Both the position numbers and the translations under genes were made by a program. From the IMG/VR virus record IMGVR_UViG_3300027741_000002, positions 1-64,000 of that record: a stretch of DNA of 64,000 nucleotides; one strand, given 5' to 3'. Shown in pieces: positions 61,309 through 64,000 of this stretch. The stretch comes from a virus. The notes under the pieces are model-generated. The model was not told the DNA's origin. It was given only the letters and a program-made list of their open reading frames with translations, and made no database searches. Every line of letters begins with the position of its first letter. Positions within the stretch are counted from its first letter, which is position 1.

Positions 61309-63999
61309 TTAGTTCCAGAAAGATGGCTTAAGAATGCGTAGGAATCTTGCATGAACAGCGCCATTTGGCTTCAACATTGCGTCAAGACGCTGATTGATTG
61401 CATCGCGGTAGTTATTTAAGCTTCCCCACTGGGCAATAACCATGTCAAGCTCTTTTCCAGCCAGCTGAATGTTTCCATCCTTAAGACTTTCGCGTAAGTT
61501 ATTTGCTTCATTTCTAAACAATGCCAGCAAATCTTCTTCCTTCATAGCGCGAGTAAGCGCAGGCATTGTTAGATCATAAATCTTGCCGTCGCCTTCACCA
61601 AGTATAGCGTCAAATAGATACTGGTTTCTATCTCCTGGCTTTAACGCAAAAGAAGATAATGAATGGTCAATTGGGAAGATACGAATTTGAGATGGATTGA
61701 CTCCGTCAAGTGCGTAGAGGATGTTTCCATTATGGCGATCTTGATTGTTGATGAGCAGATCGAGAAGAACTACGCGTGCAGCGTCTTCAGGAGTATGCAT
61801 CTTGTTAATAAAATTATCACCGTTAAATGTTACTTTGCTACCATCAAGCGCTACAAGTGTACCGGTCGTGCCGTCATAGACCTTTGATGCAACCCGTGGC
61901 TCGCTGCCGAGAGGAAGTGTAGATCCAGCTTCCTGCATAACAAGAACATTAGGATTATCACTGCTTACTAGCGTGTTGTATGCTCCTTCAAATCCAATAC
62001 CGCGCGCGATATTAGTTGCGGCAATCTCGGAAAGAGGTCCACTAATATCATAGTTAGTTGCTAGATCATCCTTCTTGACATAGAAGCGTTGTCCCGATGC
62101 AACATGAGTAGCAAGCCATGTGTCGTTGTAACCTGACTCATACATGCCAAGACGTTTAATATCAAAGCCTTTAACCTTATTTTGCGAGATGTCTTCTATA
62201 GTAGCACTAGCAAGATCTGTTCCTACGCCAAAGTCGGTAGAATTAAGTAGAGGGTTGTCTGCCTTAGCCTCGGCGTGAAGTGCCTTACGTAGTTGGAAGA
62301 TGTCCTGCATTGGCAGATCTCTTCCTTCCTTAGTTAAAAGTTGTTTTGTAACATATGTATTAAGCGCTGTCTTTGCAGCTGGAGAAAGAACTGCTAGAGA
62401 TCTATTGTTTTGCAGTACGTCTCTGATTTCAGCTAAGTACTGCCCAAGCTCTGAGTTCTTATTGCCAAACTCGTTACTGTTTGCAGTCATGACAAATTCA
62501 CGACCGACGTTAGGCTTATTTTCTTTTGCCTCTATACGCTTACGCGCTGCACGAATCTGATCATAATTTACTGACTGTACTTGCTCCTTGACTGTAGGAT
62601 CAAGTCGCTTGACGCCCATCCAGCCATTTCTTGCCATAAGATCTTTACCGGTCCAGGTCTTTGCACCTGGATACCAACCAACAAGAGCAAGCTCCATAGG
62701 AGTTGGCGTCTTATTTAGATCTAATCCGCCGTCACGAAGTTTAGCCGCTGTTGCTTTTTCCTGTAGACGTTCAATCTGTGCAATTACACCTTTGTCCGTA
62801 GCTACACGTCGCATCAGTCTTAATCGTGTAAATACTTCACTCTCTGCACTGGCAGGAGTTTCCCAGTTAAATCCGTTTAGCGCCCAGACAAATCCACCTT
62901 GGTAGCTTCCTCCACCTGCAGCCTGCACATGAATTTCCTTAACTCCATTGGCGATATACCAATCTTCCATAAAACGGTTATACGCTGTAGCAAATCCAGA
63001 TTTTTTATCCTTAGCGTTATTTATAGCTAGGTAGTTATTCTTTACCTGCCACTCGAAGTTGTTAGCTCCTGTATTAGGATCTACAGCTGATTTACCACTA
63101 ACTGTTCTATTTATCGTTCCGATGCTTCTGCCATTAGAGTCTAAAACATTCATTGCGATACTAAGACTCACGGGCTGATTGCCAGCTTGTAGTTCTTCCT
63201 TTGTTCCGCTTAAGAATACATTAAATCCACCAAATGTTAGCGAGTAGTTATTCTTTCCAAACGTTACGCCATCGCGAACACCGTAGGTATCCTTCATCAT
63301 CGCGTCAAGCTGCTCTTTTTTCTTAGTGACTTCTAAAGATAGCGCTTCTTTTTGTGCTGCAGGAGCCGCACGGAACTCGAGGATAGCTAGTTGATGATCA
63401 ATAGCTGCCTGCTTAATACTTTCAAGAGTTACACGATCTTGAGCTGCCCTAGCAATTTCTCCCGCGCGCAGACCCCAGACAGAGTAGTCGCTTTGTTTTG
63501 CATCGGGATTTGTGAATTCTTTTAGACGATCTGGAGTAGTTCCAAGATCGTTAACACCTTGGATATTTCCTTCAGTTGCAATTGCTCCAGGGTTAAGAAC
63601 CGGTGCGTCAAGGCGTGATGATACATCTGGAACTGGCGGAGGAGTAGGTGCCTGTCGCTGAGCTTCATTAGGAACTGCCTGCTGCGCATCTCCAGTTGCT
63701 CGTACCTTAAGTGCAGAGCGAACTGCTACTGACCCGTCGTCAAAACGCACACGAACATAAGGAATACGTTCACCTGTGCGTGAGTCAATATTTTGAACTG
63801 CGATAACTGTTCCAGTGCGGCCATCACGAGAAGCACGAATACGTGTTCCCTTGCCCATAACCTTACCTGCAATATCAAGAACTGTGTTGTCTGGGTGATA
63901 CCCACGATTTTCTGGTCCCGGGTAGACAGGCGCTGGGTTATTAGCTGCAGGAGAATCTACACTTACTGTCTCTACAGGTTGCGCTACTTCTGGCGCTTG
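61309..63999 (-). CDS. Large polyvalent head-associated protein with GNAT-like and HipA/PI3K-like kinase domains (5'-truncated by the window)
   Basis: Frame stays open from 63858 to the window edge. GNAT-like K.SGFAT...Y...GV..I...A...GG..WA..GF; kinase FYVKK, E..A, D.LI.N.DRH.GN and PIDH. Confidence 0.72.
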   Translation of the reverse strand, partial: QAPEVAQPVETVSVDSPAANNPAPVYPGPENRGYHPDNTVLDIAGKVMGKGTRIRASRDGRTGTVIAVQNIDSRTGERIPYVRVRFDDGSVAVRSALKVRATGDAQQAVPNEAQRQAPTPPPVPDVSSRLDAPVLNPGAIATEGNIQGVNDLGTTPDRLKEFTNPDAKQSDYSVWGLRAGEIARAAQDRVTLESIKQAAIDHQLAILEFRAAPAAQKEALSLEVTKKKEQLDAMMKDTYGVRDGVTFGKNNYSLTFGGFNVFLSGTKEELQAGNQPVSLSIAMNVLDSNGRSIGTINRTVSGKSAVDPNTGANNFEWQVKNNYLAINNAKDKKSGFATAYNRFMEDWYIANGVKEIHVQAAGGGSYQGGFVWALNGFNWETPASAESEVFTRLRLMRRVATDKGVIAQIERLQEKATAAKLRDGGLDLNKTPTPMELALVGWYPGAKTWTGKDLMARNGWMGVKRLDPTVKEQVQSVNYDQIRAARKRIEAKENKPNVGREFVMTANSNEFGNKNSELGQYLAEIRDVLQNNRSLAVLSPAAKTALNTYVTKQLLTKEGRDLPMQDIFQLRKALHAEAKADNPLLNSTDFGVGTDLASATIEDISQNKVKGFDIKRLGMYESGYNDTWLATHVASGQRFYVKKDDLATNYDISGPLSEIAATNIARGIGFEGAYNTLVSSDNPNVLVMQEAGSTLPLGSEPRVASKVYDGTTGTLVALDGSKVTFNGDNFINKMHTPEDAARVVLLDLLINNQDRHNGNILYALDGVNPSQIRIFPIDHSLSSFALKPGDRNQYLFDAILGEGDGKIYDLTMPALTRAMKEEDLLALFRNEANNLRESLKDGNIQLAGKELDMVIAQWGSLNNYRDAINQRLDAMLKPNGAVHARFLRILKPSFWN

Positions 64000-64000
64000 A

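Overview
This window is a 64-kb segment of a tailed dsDNA phage (siphovirus-type: tape measure and tail tube, no sheath seen). The host is most likely an actinobacterium, based on a WhiB gene, candidate leaderless starts and an actinophage-like head/tail gene order. Two arms converge at about 19.6 kb. The + arm (1-19601) carries Thr-rich Gly-X-Thr collagen-like and glycine-rich virion proteins, then an AT-rich glycosylation/sulfation island: APS kinase fusion, two sulfotransferases, GT2, GT32, epimerase, radical SAM, GT2-TPR and a procollagen-galactosyltransferase-like enzyme. The - arm, read from 64000 down to 19593, carries a large GNAT+kinase effector-like protein, a ~1700-aa prohead-protease polyprotein, and capsid and tail genes. 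It continues into a replication and nucleotide-modification block: dNMP kinase-UDG fusion, dCMP-type thymidylate-synthase homologue, GT2, dCMP deaminase, PolA, helicase, Cas4-like nuclease, Sak4, SSB, two GT-B-like paralogues, all-alpha dUTPase/dCTPase, an atypical C5-methyltransferase and an EndoV-like glycosylase. The best candidates for new biology are (i) a cytosine hypermodification pathway that includes a C5-MTase with a natural motif-X Asn->Lys substitution and (ii) a phage-encoded collagen glycosylation/sulfation pathway. All family assignments come from motif recognition by eye; no searches were run.
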